From contig JAAOMT010000665.1 of the NCBI GenBank assembly GCA_016748015.1, forward strand, positions 245,139 through 309,138: 64,000 nt of DNA, in the 5' to 3' direction. A program made the translations under genes and the position numbers. The DNA is from Geosiphon pyriformis uo1 (lineage: Eukaryota > Fungi > Glomeromycota). Below, in pieces: positions 27,897 through 40,122 of this stretch; within the stretch, counting starts at the first letter, position 1; each line of letters opens with the position of its first letter. The notes beneath the pieces were generated by a model. The model saw nothing but the letters and a program-made list of their open reading frames with translations. It ran no database searches and was not told the origin of the DNA.

Positions 27897-28891
27897 TCAC
27901 TTTAGTCGATTTTTAGGTGGCCATCCTGGCTTTTTACCAACAAGATTTGACCATCTTTATGGTAAACCACGTCTTCCAAGAATTTATAAAGCTAATTTTT
28001 CAATTATTGAAGCTTGTTTAATTAGCTCGGAGGGCATAAACAAAATTTAATGATAATACCTCTTCAAAATCAACAAATTTGTGTGGATGTGCCAACTTTG
28101 AATCCAAGTTATAGACCTGAATTGCATCTTCTAGTCCACCTTCATTGTAAATAGGCTTGATTGCAATCCAATGATGGGATTTCCAGAAAAAAAACCGAGT
28201 GAGGGGTATATTGAGAATAAGGCCAAAGAGAGTAGAATCCGCAAATTGAATCACCGTTCTAATATCTAATAAAATTAGGCGGGATGGGAAATGATATAAA
28301 ATCACCACGAGCAGTTTTGGTTTCTATACCCTAAACCAGGTAAAAAGGGCCTTCCAAGTACCTTTTCTAATGTCAAACCATTGGAGTTCTAGTCCAACTT
28401 TCCTCAAAGCCAACTCGATTACATTGATGTCATAGTTGCCAACTCCTCTATCATACATTATAATTTTTCCAAACAAAAAGCGTCAAAATTTGAAGAACCA
28501 AAAATATCTTGTCAATACGAAGAAACACTTGCAACAGGCTCTTGTGAGGGTTAATGAAGTAAGAGAGCCAGGTTTTAGCTTCGTGGTTAGTCTCTTTGGC
28601 AAGCGTTTCCGCGATTTGGTCAAGTTGATGTTTTGAATAAGCTGCATTTTGGAGCTTTTCAATTGAGTATAGCCATATTGAGCTTGGAAAGGAAATGGGA
28701 ATTAATAAGTTAAATGAAAGATATACCTACAAGATTATTTATTGTATGCTGCAAACCAGATGGCGGTGAAGACAAAGAATTAGAGTAATTTAGTAGATTT
28801 GCAGACTTAAGAAGACAGAAATGTGCTAAACCTGTCCACAGAACCATAGCCGTTGTTTTTCATGATACGGTAGTTGAGAAGAGGAGTCCAT
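27897..28891 (-). CDS. Josephin-domain deubiquitinase (JOSD1/2-like), multi-exon
   Basis: Spliced MDSSSQLPYHEKQRLWFCGQ|HTINNL|LQ...NPHKSLLQ|VGNYDINVIELAL...WFD...HHWIAIK...YNLDSKL. Cys/His/Asp triad present. Confidence 0.9.
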
Positions 28892-29077
28892 AAAGTGTTT
28901 TTGTTGTCTGATTAAAAGATTCATTCATTTAAATATATATATAAAAAAGTGGGGCCTATATCAAAGATCCTTTGATCTAATGCCAAATAAAAGATTCTTT
29001 TAGGCCAGTCGGAATAATTTCCGGAAAATTATCTTTTAAAAGTTCGCGAGTTTCTTCTCTAGAAACTCACATTAAAA

Positions 29078-29990
29078 ATGAGCATACTTCGCCGTTTTAA
29101 GGCCACTGATTTGTTTCGTTTTAATAACATGTAAAACTTCTGTTTCTCAATTTTAATTACCATTTATATTTTTCTCACTCATCCTCTTTGACCCTTTCCA
29201 ATGTAGAAATTTGGACTTTCTCACCGAAACAGTAAGTATTGTTTAATTTTCACATTTATCTACTTATTTGATATTTTTTGTCTTCTTTTCCTGCCTTAAT
29301 TTTTTTCTTTATGAAATAGTATAACATTTCTTTCTATCTCTCTTATCTCGCGCGTTGGCCTGATCTTTTCTGTCTTCAAGAGTCACCCAATGGAACCTTG
29401 ATGGGATATTGTAAGTTTTTTAGGTCTGATTTGCAAGTATTCTATTATTTTTAACCCAGCTTAATGGCATCTTCAATTTCTTCGCTCAAATAGTCATGGG
29501 GAAAGCTGAAGGACGTGGTAAAGATTGGCACGGCCATGTGACTGCAATTACCGTCGCACCTGAATACCGTCGATTAGGATTGGCCGATGGAATGATGCAA
29601 TTATTGGAAAATGTTTCCGAGAAGACGTTGGTTCAACTACTTTTCTGTAAATTTACCTTTAATGTTACAACTGATTGTGGTCTTGTCAAATTTTTCAGAT
29701 ACGATGGGTACTTTGTAGATCTCTTTGTACGTGTTTCAAACACGGTTGCCATTGGAATGTACAAAAAATTTGGATATTCTGTATTCAGACGTGTGATAGG
29801 TTATTATTCCTCGGGAGATGAGGAGGAAGATGCATTTGGTGCGTACTGAAAAAATTTCGGCAGAAAATTTGATCAATTATATTAATTCCAATATTTTATA
29901 GATATGCACAAGCCATTACCGCGAGATGTAAATCGTGAAAGTGTCAACGAGAATGGGGAAAATACTTTTGTCAAACCTGAAGATCTTTAG
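29078..29990 (+). CDS. NAT3: N-terminal acetyltransferase B catalytic subunit (NAA20)
   Basis: MSILRRFKATDLFRFNNINLDFLTETY..., MGKAEG..WHGHVTAITVAPEYRRLGLA, FVDLFVRVSN, EDAFDM. Stop at 29988-29990. Confidence 0.95.
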
Positions 29991-30546
29991 GAAATTGTGG
30001 TTTTTTTATGTAGATTCAAATTGTATATTTTTTAGAGCCATACACTGCCAAGATTTTCATTTCAAGCACTTACTAGCGAATATAGGCGCTCTTAGGATTA
30101 TAATTTTATTTTCCGCAGCTTCAAGGAATAAGAGCTTCGTTTCTATGTTGGGGATTCAAGATCCTGATTACGTGGAGAATAATGTTTAGGAACAAACTGA
30201 AATTTGACAGATACATTTGTGTTGGAGAACTAAGACTAAGTAGGGTAAGATCAAAGACTGAAAGTGACCCCCTAGCTTTATTTTAATCTCAGAGATCGCA
30301 GATATGTGGTTTTTTTGTAAAAAAAAAATGGAAAAATTACTTTGTGGGTGATAACATTCGGAGTTGATTCCAAGCAGTATATTTATATATATATATATAT
30401 ATAGACAAATTAAAGAAAGAAACAACTCGAGAACTTCTATTAGTGATATACTTTGTGGTTTCTCCCCTGACGCTCTGTGATCTCTCAAAGCAACAAAAAA
30501 TTTTAATACAGGTGCAATGTTACAGTTCATTTCCCGCTTGGCTTAT

Positions 30547-31924
30547 CTAATTAATTTGGCTGGGCCATTCGGTGAGAAGTTTAAAAGATCTTCGACCAAC
30601 CTTTGGCATATTACGAAGAAAAGCTATACTTTCGCCTATTAAAGCGCAATCTACAACCGCTAAAACCATCAAGGATCTCAAATCTGAAAAAAATGCATTT
30701 TTAAATCCATTATAATGATCAAAATGTAAAAGGTCTCACGAGATGAATGTAGTACATGCCTTGAGCCCAATTTACATTTTCCAATAGTACTAGTTCATCA
30801 AGCCAATCCATATAAGAAATATCCCAGTATACAAGATTAATAAGTCCTCTAGAGAGTATTCCGAGTGCGTTTGGCCCATTAAAACGATTAAAACATCCTG
30901 CGATGGACAAATGGGTCAAGAGTGGAACAGTGGAGACTAGTAAAGTTGATATTGGGATAGCGCTTATATTTTCCATGAAAGCCAGATTCAATCGCCTCAG
31001 ATTTAGTAAAGTACAAATATATTTGGTTTTCTCCAAAGATTCAACCTCGCTTCGCTCCAATATTCCAGAAGATGACGAGGACAAGATGTGCTTAGTTGGC
31101 TTCGGTTTCAAGCTTAGATTAGATATTGATGACAATAAATCTGTTTTATCATTTCCGGTATCAACAAGTGCTTCCCAATCATCCACAATATTTTCTTTGA
31201 TCTTAGCCATACTTTTTTTACTTGAAGCCTTCCAAAAAGCTTCTCTCAATGTTTCAAAAGAAACACTACTATAGGCCAGATCCAATTCCTCGTAAGCAGT
31301 ATCTCCCTCAAAAAGCGAAAGAAGATCAGCAGAGAGTGGGTGATAGATAGTGACAGCAGAAAGTATATGTTGCTTTAAATGAGTGGGTATTTGAGTAAAA
31401 TAAGGATGTGTTTTGTAAGCACAAATATTGAAAGCGATATTATGTATGGTTATATCGACAAGGGAGGAAATGTGTGTCGCAAGGCCTAAATTCAAAGTGA
31501 AACTGTTAGGTACCAAACAGAATTCATGTGAAAAAGAAAAATTTTTTTGGGATTTCTCACCATTCCACGCTCCCTTTTTCCTTTTTCGTTCCTTGCCAAT
31601 TTTCTTATAAAAAACATTACAATCCTTTTCAATTTCCTCCTTACCAATATCATGAATCCCCCTTAGTTTCATTACCATCTCTTGCACGAAGAGCTCTCCC
31701 AAGAGATGGGGTGGAAGGGTAGTGGGTGGAGTTTCGACGATGCTACTACGGATGGGTCTGGCGGCTTCTCGTCGAGATTGATCGATAAGTTTTGAGACAC
31801 ATGGCTCGTTGAATTGGGTATTAGTGGAAGTGCTTGAACGGGATTGGGAGTTAAAAGAATCTTTAAAAGCGGCAGTTCTATAACGATGTTTAGCTCTTTG
31901 TCGTGTCCCTTTTACCATGTCCAA
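30547..31924 (-). CDS. RNI-like leucine-rich-repeat protein of unknown function
   Basis: LRR-like units YEELDLAYS, LRRLNLAF, LTHLSIAGCF, LVYWDISY. Probable 75-nt in-frame intron at 31486-31560, and a GC-donor intron at 30759 leading to the last exon (DLRSLMVLAVVDC...PSQIN*). Confidence 0.75.
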
Positions 31925-32019
31925 GAGAACAAACAGTTAAACAATAATTTACAAGAAAATGTGAAATGATTTTAATGTGGTATGAAAACGTGATTGATTG
32001 ACAGAAATATAGGCATCAA

Positions 32020-33060
32020 CAAAATTTATTATTTAAAATTTTAATTATTAAAATATTTTGTCTTTTAATCTTTTAAATCTTTAGTTTATAACTAAAAAAA
32101 AAAAAAAGCAATTAATATTTCTGTTATTATATCTGAAAAAGCAAAAAGTTTTTTTAATAGTAAAAACAACCAAACAAAATGTTTTAAAAATGGTTTTCTT
32201 AAAATAAAAAAATATTTAATTGTTTTTAAAACTTTTTTTATTTTTATTTTTATTTTTATTTTTATTTTTATTAAAATGACAACAAGTACATTTTTTGAAA
32301 TATAAAACAATTTAGTTGTAAACAATTTTATCTTTTTTTATTTAAAAATAAAAATAAAAACAACAACAACAACAACAATAACAACAACAATAATAATAAT
32401 AATATGTTTATTAATTTATATATAATGATATTAACACATACATAATTAAATATTTGTCAAATATTAAAATTAAAGTTTAATATTATTTAAAAATATAAAA
32501 TTAAATAATTTTTTTGTTTTGATTTAAATATTATTAACAATTTTAAAAATTTTACAAAATTTGTTAAAAATATTATTTTATATATATTTATTATTTAATA
32601 AACATAAAAAAAACCATATATATATATATAATTTTAATAAAAAAATTTTTATTAAAAAATTAGTAATATAAAACATTAAGTTTATACAAAATATATAAAT
32701 ATATATATATATATATTTTAATTTGGTTTTTATTATTTAAATAATATTTTTAAAATTAATTTTTTTTAAAATTAAAACATGTATGTACTTTGTTAAATTT
32801 ATTATGAATTCTGATAGTAATTTTGTTTAATAATAAAAAATCCGGATGTATATAGACTATTTTTATATATAGAAAATTTTTTTTTTCAAATCTAACAATT
32901 ATATTTATTTAATTCGAATTTGTGATTAAATATTTTATATTAGTTTATAAAGTGAAACAAAAAAAAAATAAGAAAAATAGTGGGTAATTATGTTTTAAAT
33001 TAACGAAAATGATTTTTTTTTAAAAATCTCCTTCATATTTCCAAAATTTGAAGTTTTAAA
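32020..33060. repeat. AT-rich low-complexity block
   Basis: Near-pure A/T with (ATTTTT)n, (AAC)n and (AT)n runs. Confidence 0.7.
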
Positions 33061-33089
33061 AAAGCTAATTATAAATCTTTTAGGTAAAC

Positions 33090-33446
33090 TTAAAAAATAC
33101 CAAATCCAGCCGAATTCACTACCTTTCCCGAACCATATTCAATCCCCATATTTAATGGAGCAACTGCAACACCTGAAAAGTTCTTTGCGGTCCCGAAGCT
33201 TACACCTTGACTAATATTTCTAAGTTTCAATGGAGTTTTTCCAGCGTATTCGTTTGCAACACCATATCCTATTCCAGATTGACTAAACGGAATTTCATTG
33301 GTACCAAATTTAAAGGGGTTCATTGGAGTAGTAATAGGCAAGACTCCTTTGGGAGCCTTAATGGGTAGACAATTGATGAAAGGAATAAAAATGGAAAGAA
33401 AAAAGAAAAAATTCAAAGTAACTTGAAATTTCTTGGGATAAGACAT
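33090..33446 (-). CDS. Small secreted Gly/aromatic-rich protein, about 118 aa, intronless
   Basis: ATG at 33446. Signal-peptide-like MSYPKKFQVTLNFFFFLSIFIPFINC-LP. The ORF is a GC-elevated island within AT-rich DNA. Confidence 0.72.
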   Translation of the reverse strand: MSYPKKFQVTLNFFFFLSIFIPFINCLPIKAPKGVLPITTPMNPFKFGTNEIPFSQSGIGYGVANEYAGKTPLKLRNISQGVSFGTAKNFSGVAVAPLNMGIEYGSGKVVNSAGFGIF

Positions 33447-33970
33447 TTTTAATAGAGATGAAAAAAACTTTTGACTTGACACGTTTTTTGACAGGAAAAG
33501 AATGTTGATTTATTTAAAATTGTAATATATTTATTAGAAAATCTTGTTTTCTTTCAAGGCTTTGATACAATAAATTTTACATGTATCATTTTTGGTGATG
33601 TATTTCCATTTTGCAAATCAATCATTTAAAAGCATGATTTATTTATTTTTCCCTTTGACATTCGAAAAAAAGCTTACTAACATTGAAAGGGTTTATTCCT
33701 GCTTTTAGAAGTTTTTTTTTTTTTTTTTTTTTTAATATTCAATTCTGAATACTAAAGATTTGTATAAAATATGTAGTAATTTAATAGTTAAAAAAAAAAT
33801 TTTATTTCCTAAATTTAAATGTCTATATATTCTTTAACTTGATATTTTATTCACATACAAAATCTATTAATATTAACAATTAAAAATGTTTAATTTATAT
33901 AATTTTTTATATTTATTAAGATTTTTTCATATTCACATGCATTATGGTTTCGGAGCCTGGATTTGATAAA

Positions 33971-34021
33971 TTTATTGTGACGTTTTCATGATATTTTATT
34001 TTATTGTGACGTTTTCATGAT
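33971..34021. repeat. 22-bp direct repeat TTTATTGTGACGTTTTCATGAT x2
   Basis: Identical copies at 33971-33992 and 34000-34021. Confidence 0.85.
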
Positions 34022-34568
34022 TTCTTCTTTCAATGGTGGCCCAGAAAGAACATTGTAAAATTAATAACATCACAATATGGAAATAATGACATGGAAAAAA
34101 TTGATAAAAATGGGGACGGGAAAGAAATGGGTTAAAAAATGTGAAAATGTGGAATGTGGGAATATTTTTATAGGGTATAGATTGGGAATAGAATAGAATA
34201 GAATAGAATAGTGATGAAATGGTAATATTTTTATTACCCCCCAAGCTATCCATTCCCATTACGGAAAAAACTTTTTTCTCACACTATGAATTAAAAATAT
34301 TCCAATTTAAAAAACGATATTTATTATTTCAGGAATTTTGAATAAATAACGTAATATAAATATAAATATAAAATATAAATAAAATATAATTTTTTTTTTA
34401 AATTAAAAACACATGGATAAAATTTTTTTTTCTTCTCAAACCACACGAAATTCCAAAAATGTACTACTCAAATTCATTGAAAAACATCTTTTGTCCTATC
34501 ATGTCCATTATTAATAATGATGATGATTAAAATAGGTCAGTGAGATTTGAATTTTCTTTTTTAGATTG

Positions 34569-34604
<36 letters not shown>

Positions 34605-35208
34605 TCAGTTTTAATTTTTTTGAGGAATACTAAATTTTTTAATGTTTTAACAAATAAACAACAAAAATTAAATTTTTCTCAACCCCCCTTTCCGAATCAA
34701 AAACCCGGAAATTTGAAACGATCCTACTATTTGAAACGAATCTTTTTTCTTTTTCATTCTCATTTTCGATCATTCGCAATTTGTTTTGGAAAATCAATTT
34801 TTTAAAAAATAAAAAAAAATTATTTTTATTATTATTATTGAAACAAATTATTAAATATATACAGTGTATGTCTCTACGGAAAAAATTTAAAAAAACAAGG
34901 AATCTTTAAAACAGAAATTTAGTTTCACTTATGAAAACATTTTCAAGAGCATTTGATGTCGTTTCATAGGTTTTAAACGCGAAAAGATTGCATTTCAAAT
35001 TTCTTTTGCCCCTTTGATCATGCCTTCAAATTTTCGTACTTCCAAGAATCCCATCTCATCTCATCTCATCCAATCCAATCCAATCCCAACCCGCTTCATA
35101 ATCCAGAGCAGTTCCAGCCTATCGATCATTTGTCATGCTTTGACGACATTGTTTGCAAAAAAGTCATTATTTGTTAAATTATATTGATGTTTTGACAATT
35201 TGAGTTTA

Positions 35209-35209
<1 letters not shown>

Positions 35210-35251
<42 letters not shown>
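35210..35251. repeat. (ATT)n microsatellite
   Basis: Perfect tandem run. Confidence 0.9.
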
Positions 35252-35579
35252 TAGATTTTCATCTCATGGGTAAATATATATATATATATATTTAAATGAA
35301 ACTTTTTTGTGTGTGTATGACCAATTTGGGATCAAAAAAAAGATCAAAAAAAGAAAAAGAAAAAAGATTTTGATGGAAAAATTAAATTCTTCGGTAACAC
35401 TGCAGTTTATTTGAATTATAGGAGATACTTTTGTTACATGAAAAAGGTAATCCTACTTATAAGTGTTGAAACATCAAAGTAAATACCTCAATTTCAATTG
35501 GGACTCGGTCCTCCCTTCTTTTTGTAAAACTCAGTTTTCTTGTTTGAGCCGAGAAATGGCCGACTAAGGAAAACCTCAC

Positions 35580-35581
<2 letters not shown>

Positions 35582-35614
<33 letters not shown>
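35582..35614. repeat. (TG)n microsatellite
   Basis: Perfect tandem run. Confidence 0.9.
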
Positions 35615-35617
<3 letters not shown>

Positions 35618-36241
35618 GCACCATAACCATCACAATCACCATCACCACTACCACCTTCAAAAAGAGAAAATTATTATTATGAAAAATTGCGAATTTCCCT
35701 TTGTGAACTTGATACGGGTTTATGGTGATGGGGGGGGGGGGTTTTTTTTCAATATCAAAAACCTTGGATAAAATACACTGATTGTTTCAATTTATTAACG
35801 TTAGGAACCTAAAAAAAAATGTCGATCGAAAAATTAAAAAAATTTATTTTTATTTTTTTCTATAAAAAGAGTGAATTTTTCTCTTCTTGAATCATAATCT
35901 TGATTTACCAAAAACAGCGTTTTAAACGCTTAAACTTTCATTTTTTTTTCTCGTTTCATCCCCCTCTCCCCCCCCATCACCAATTCCTTGTATTTATTAA
36001 CGTCTGTGACGTTCATTAATGTTTTTTAACCCCATTTGCATTCTTTTTTTTTTCAAATCGAATCATTAGTTTGTGTTGCAAAAGAATTAGAAGCAAAAAA
36101 AAAAAAAAACACATTATTTGAAAAAGAATTTTGAATTCAAGTGGAATTCTCAAAACTTTTCCAAATCAGAACTCTAATTTAACTTTACATAAATCATTTT
36201 TCACCTTCATTATCTCGCTGTACATAAAATTTGTATAAAAG

Positions 36242-37693
36242 ATGACCACCAATAACTTATTATACCTCTTTTTAATCTTTGCTTTGATCGGGTCAACATT
36301 TTCCAATCCCTCTTTTATCCCATTCACCCCAGAAGAAGAGCATAATTTGGTAGAAAAATATGGTCAAGTCTTTAAACCAACTAATCAACTTCGTAGTTCT
36401 TATTTAACCGGTTCAAAGAACAAAGCTCATCATCGAGCTGATGTTGTATTTGATACCAAAATTCCATCACTAAATCCAGATCAAACAGGCGCAGTAAAGA
36501 GCATTGAATGTGGTACTGATGGTAACATCACCCTCACAATAAAGGATGATAATTATTTGAAAATGGTGGAGAATTGGCCCAAAGGAAATCTGATGCTATT
36601 GATCAGCCATCAATGGGAATGTTTTGGTAAACAGACGACACAATTCTTTTTGGCTGGTAATAAAACGATTGATGCTCAAAAATTACAAGTCGAATTCACT
36701 ACCACTGAACCATGTGAGGTTATGAAATGGTCAAATAGTTTTTCATTGGATATGATTTGGGAAAAACCTACAAACCCAAAAGAAAATTTTTCAAATTTAA
36801 AATCTAAATCAAAGTTAAAACGTCGTGGTCGTCTCGCAGAAGCACTTGCCGATAAATCAACCATTGACATTGACAAATCAAACACAATAGATCTTAACAT
36901 TTTATATGATGAAGAAACTGGAAAATCATCGAAACCGAATATTCCACTCATAAAGATTGGTCAAAATATTGCAAAGAATGGTACAGGTCTTGATGAATCA
37001 TTATTATGTCAGAATTGTTTTGTAAAAGGTCAAGCTACAATTTCGTTACACATTGAAGGACATTCACTTCCTACACCTGAAATCACAAATGCTACGATTT
37101 CAATGGATGGAGATTTAAATTTTAACTTTGACCTTAAAGTTAATAATGGAATAGGTGTAGCACCATCAACTCCAGATATTCAAATCGCAGAATTACCATT
37201 AAGTCCACTTGGCGTTCCAGGATTATTTAACATTGGTCCATCCATAATTCTTGCTGCCTCGGCTAAAGTTTCAACTGCTGTAACTGGAACTTTATATACT
37301 GGTGGTTCAATATCTTATCCACAATTTCACATGAGTGCATCACTTCTTGATTCTCAAAAACCAAATTTTCAACAATTCGGTTTCGATGCTAAAACCACTC
37401 CTAAAGAACCAACGGTTGGTGTAACCGTCTCAGGAGGTGTCTCTGGATCTTTGAAACCACAACTGGCTCTTAGTGTTGACGTTATGAACGGTTTATTACA
37501 AGCTAAAACTGGTTTCCAAGTGATAACTACTTTGGGCGCTGATATTACTGTTGGTGCAGAATCTGGTTGTTCAAATTTAAAACAACCTCACATCGAGACT
37601 GCACTTTCGGGTGGTTTAGGATTCTTTGTTCAAAGTGTTAATTTACCTACCTTTAGTTTTCCAAAGAAAGTAATTGGGGAAAAATGTGTTTAA
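36242..37693 (+). CDS. Secreted beta-rich protein, 483 aa, intronless (resembles the fungal DUF7029/DUF7223 architecture)
   Basis: Signal peptide; SIEC...W...LLISHQWEC; dibasic KRR linker; CQNCFVKG; PLSPLGVPGLFNIGP. Family assignment is from motif recall only. Confidence 0.8.
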   Translation: MTTNNLLYLFLIFALIGSTFSNPSFIPFTPEEEHNLVEKYGQVFKPTNQLRSSYLTGSKNKAHHRADVVFDTKIPSLNPDQTGAVKSIECGTDGNITLTIKDDNYLKMVENWPKGNLMLLISHQWECFGKQTTQFFLAGNKTIDAQKLQVEFTTTEPCEVMKWSNSFSLDMIWEKPTNPKENFSNLKSKSKLKRRGRLAEALADKSTIDIDKSNTIDLNILYDEETGKSSKPNIPLIKIGQNIAKNGTGLDESLLCQNCFVKGQATISLHIEGHSLPTPEITNATISMDGDLNFNFDLKVNNGIGVAPSTPDIQIAELPLSPLGVPGLFNIGPSIILAASAKVSTAVTGTLYTGGSISYPQFHMSASLLDSQKPNFQQFGFDAKTTPKEPTVGVTVSGGVSGSLKPQLALSVDVMNGLLQAKTGFQVITTLGADITVGAESGCSNLKQPHIETALSGGLGFFVQSVNLPTFSFPKKVIGEKCV

Positions 37694-37853
37694 ATTTTTT
37701 GTTTTTTTTAGGGATTTTTTGTAATTTTATATTTATACATGCATTTATTAGCACTATTAAATTTTAGAAGTCAATGTGTAAATTAAAACCTCTTTGAAAA
37801 AAAAAATTCTCTTTCTTTAACTCATCATTTTGTTTAACATTATCATTGTTTAA

Positions 37854-37885
<32 letters not shown>

Positions 37886-38605
37886 CTATTTTTCTCTTAA
37901 ACATTTTGTTTTTTAAAACTTGTAAATTTATTGTTAACATTATTTTTTTTTTGCTGCCGAATCAAATAAACATTTATGTGGCCAAAATTTGGTTTGCGCA
38001 CAAAAAAACACGGAGAGTTTGAGAATAATGCTTAGCCCCCGGCATTTGGGCGTGGCTCTCAAGAAATGCCTTTATTAGAAATGTTGTATGATCTTCAGTA
38101 TCATTAGATCAATTTATGAAATGATCGACAAAAATAGCAAATAATGTGGCGATTGTCTTTACACGAGATCGACCTTGAGAGTCAAATTTTCATCTTTGAA
38201 TTACATTTAATGACAAACAAAAAATATTATTTCCTCTATGATTTTCGTCAACCGAGAATTGAAATATTTTAGAATTAAGGTGATACCAATCCCTTTTCTC
38301 TACTCCATTGTCAAATAGGGTCCAATTTCTAAATTCAGATCCAAAAATTATTGAAAAAATGTGTACAAAAATTACAAAGGGGCACGGCTAAGTTAAAAGT
38401 AGGGAGTCAGAATCAATGATTTAATGGGCTAATTAAAGATACATAATTGGGATTAACCACAAAACCAAAACTATAAAATTCTTTTAAAGGCTGGATTAAT
38501 TTTGGCAAGAGGAAAATGAATGATAAAAAGAGAATAAAATCGTCAGCATGAGACAAGCTTAAAAAATCCAAATATCCTAAAATATATTTTCTATGCTCAC
38601 CATGA

Positions 38606-39612
38606 TCATTCGTTATTGGATTTAGATGAAGAAACGGAAGCATGACTGCTAGTACCATGTAATCTTTCTGGTGGTTTAGGAAAGGTACCTTCCTCGATAG
38701 AGAAAGCCATATCTTCAGCTTCCTCGGAAGTATTTTCAAAAACGTCTTCTTCCCAACCATCATCATTGATAACATCAGGTAAAACATTTGCCTGTTCATT
38801 AAATGGATCTTGAGGTGGTGACGGAGGGGATTGGGTCTCTGTTTGCGGACCTGGTATACGTTCAACTTTAATTGTTTGATCTTTAGTAACAAAGATCGCT
38901 TCAGGATTGATGATTGGCTCCATTTGAAGAACCTTACCAGGTGTCTGTGAAGATGGAGCACTGGATGATCTTTTGAGGGACGACCCATGTATATCAACTT
39001 CATTCGTAGGTGTACTATTAGATACCAAATCAGAATGTAAATATCCACCAACATCAGGGGTGTAAAGGTTATGCTTTGAACTAGATGCCATGCTGTGGAA
39101 ATCCTCAGTGAAGGAAGAGCGATCAGTGTTTTTGTAGTTTAGAAATAGTGAATGAGGTAGAACAGGTATTTCGTTAAAGCCTCTATTTAGATGCCCATGA
39201 GCTGGAATTGCATGTGCCATAGCCGGCAAATAAGTGGTCTCTGGATCTGAAGGAAGTCTGAGAACTCCTTTTCCTTTTCTATGTCTTCTTAATGCTCGGT
39301 ATCCGAAATAAGCTCCCAAGATGAAAAGAACCAAAATGGCGAGTACAATTCCACTGACAATCCCAGTTGTGAGTTTTGATGATTTTCCAGGGCTTGCTTC
39401 AGGGGTTGTTTGAACATTGTTATTATCTAAGGATTTAGAAGATAAAGGTGTTTCCTGAAAACTAGTGGTAGAAGTCGGAGTTGAAGAGGTGGCTAAGGAA
39501 GCAGTTGTTGTAATAGGAAGAGGTGGTGAAGCTATATTTTGAATCAAATATTAGTAGCTATAGTTAAAAATTGCGTCAAACAAAACTCTCAACGTGTAAT
39601 CATAAATTATTA

Positions 39613-39662
<50 letters not shown>

Positions 39663-40122
39663 GTTACCTACTTGTTATACTGGTAACTTCCACCGTACCA
39701 GCTGTTGGGCCATTATATGGATTATATTTATTTCCTTGATTGCCACTATTCGAGGAATCATCTTCTGAATTCGAATCAAAACCCGTGTTCTGAGATTGAG
39801 AGCTTCCATAACTATTTACTCCATTCGCAGAATTTCCGTTGGATGTATTATCAGCTTGGCGTTTTTGAAACCTGGCTCTTTTTTTGCAACCTTTAACTTT
39901 CCAGTTATCATGTTCATTATTTTCCTTTGTTTTTTTTGTTGGGTTCTCGTCTTTTTCTTGAAAGTTTATTTTATTATTGCCTTCGGCATCGCTAACATTC
40001 TCCTTTGAGGTGACCCAAAGATAATAACTCAGTTGCCTCACCATTCCCCGAGACGTGTCATATCCACGTTCGAGCTTTATCATTACTTTGAGAACAATTT
40101 GAGGTAAGAAATTTTTATTCAC
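38606..40122 (-). CDS. Single-pass membrane protein with Ser/Thr-rich ectodomain (Mid2/mucin-like sensor); start uncertain
   Basis: Intron at about 39533-39671 (GTAGGT...TACTAAT..TAG) joins two ORFs in frame. TM helix GIVSGIVLAILVLFILGAYFGY is followed by basic RALRRHRK and an acidic cytoplasmic tail. Confidence 0.75.
39617..39662. repeat. (TTA)n microsatellite inside an intron
   Basis: Perfect tandem run. Confidence 0.9.

Noticed and set aside
29014-29032. Near-palindrome ATAATTTCCGGAAAATTAT in the Josephin/NAT3 bidirectional promoter
   Set aside because: A single, imperfect, AT-rich instance, not distinguishable from chance.
34566-35771. Short ORFs with poly-Lys, (CV)n, (TH)n or poly-His
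   Set aside because: They are translations of homopolymers and microsatellites.
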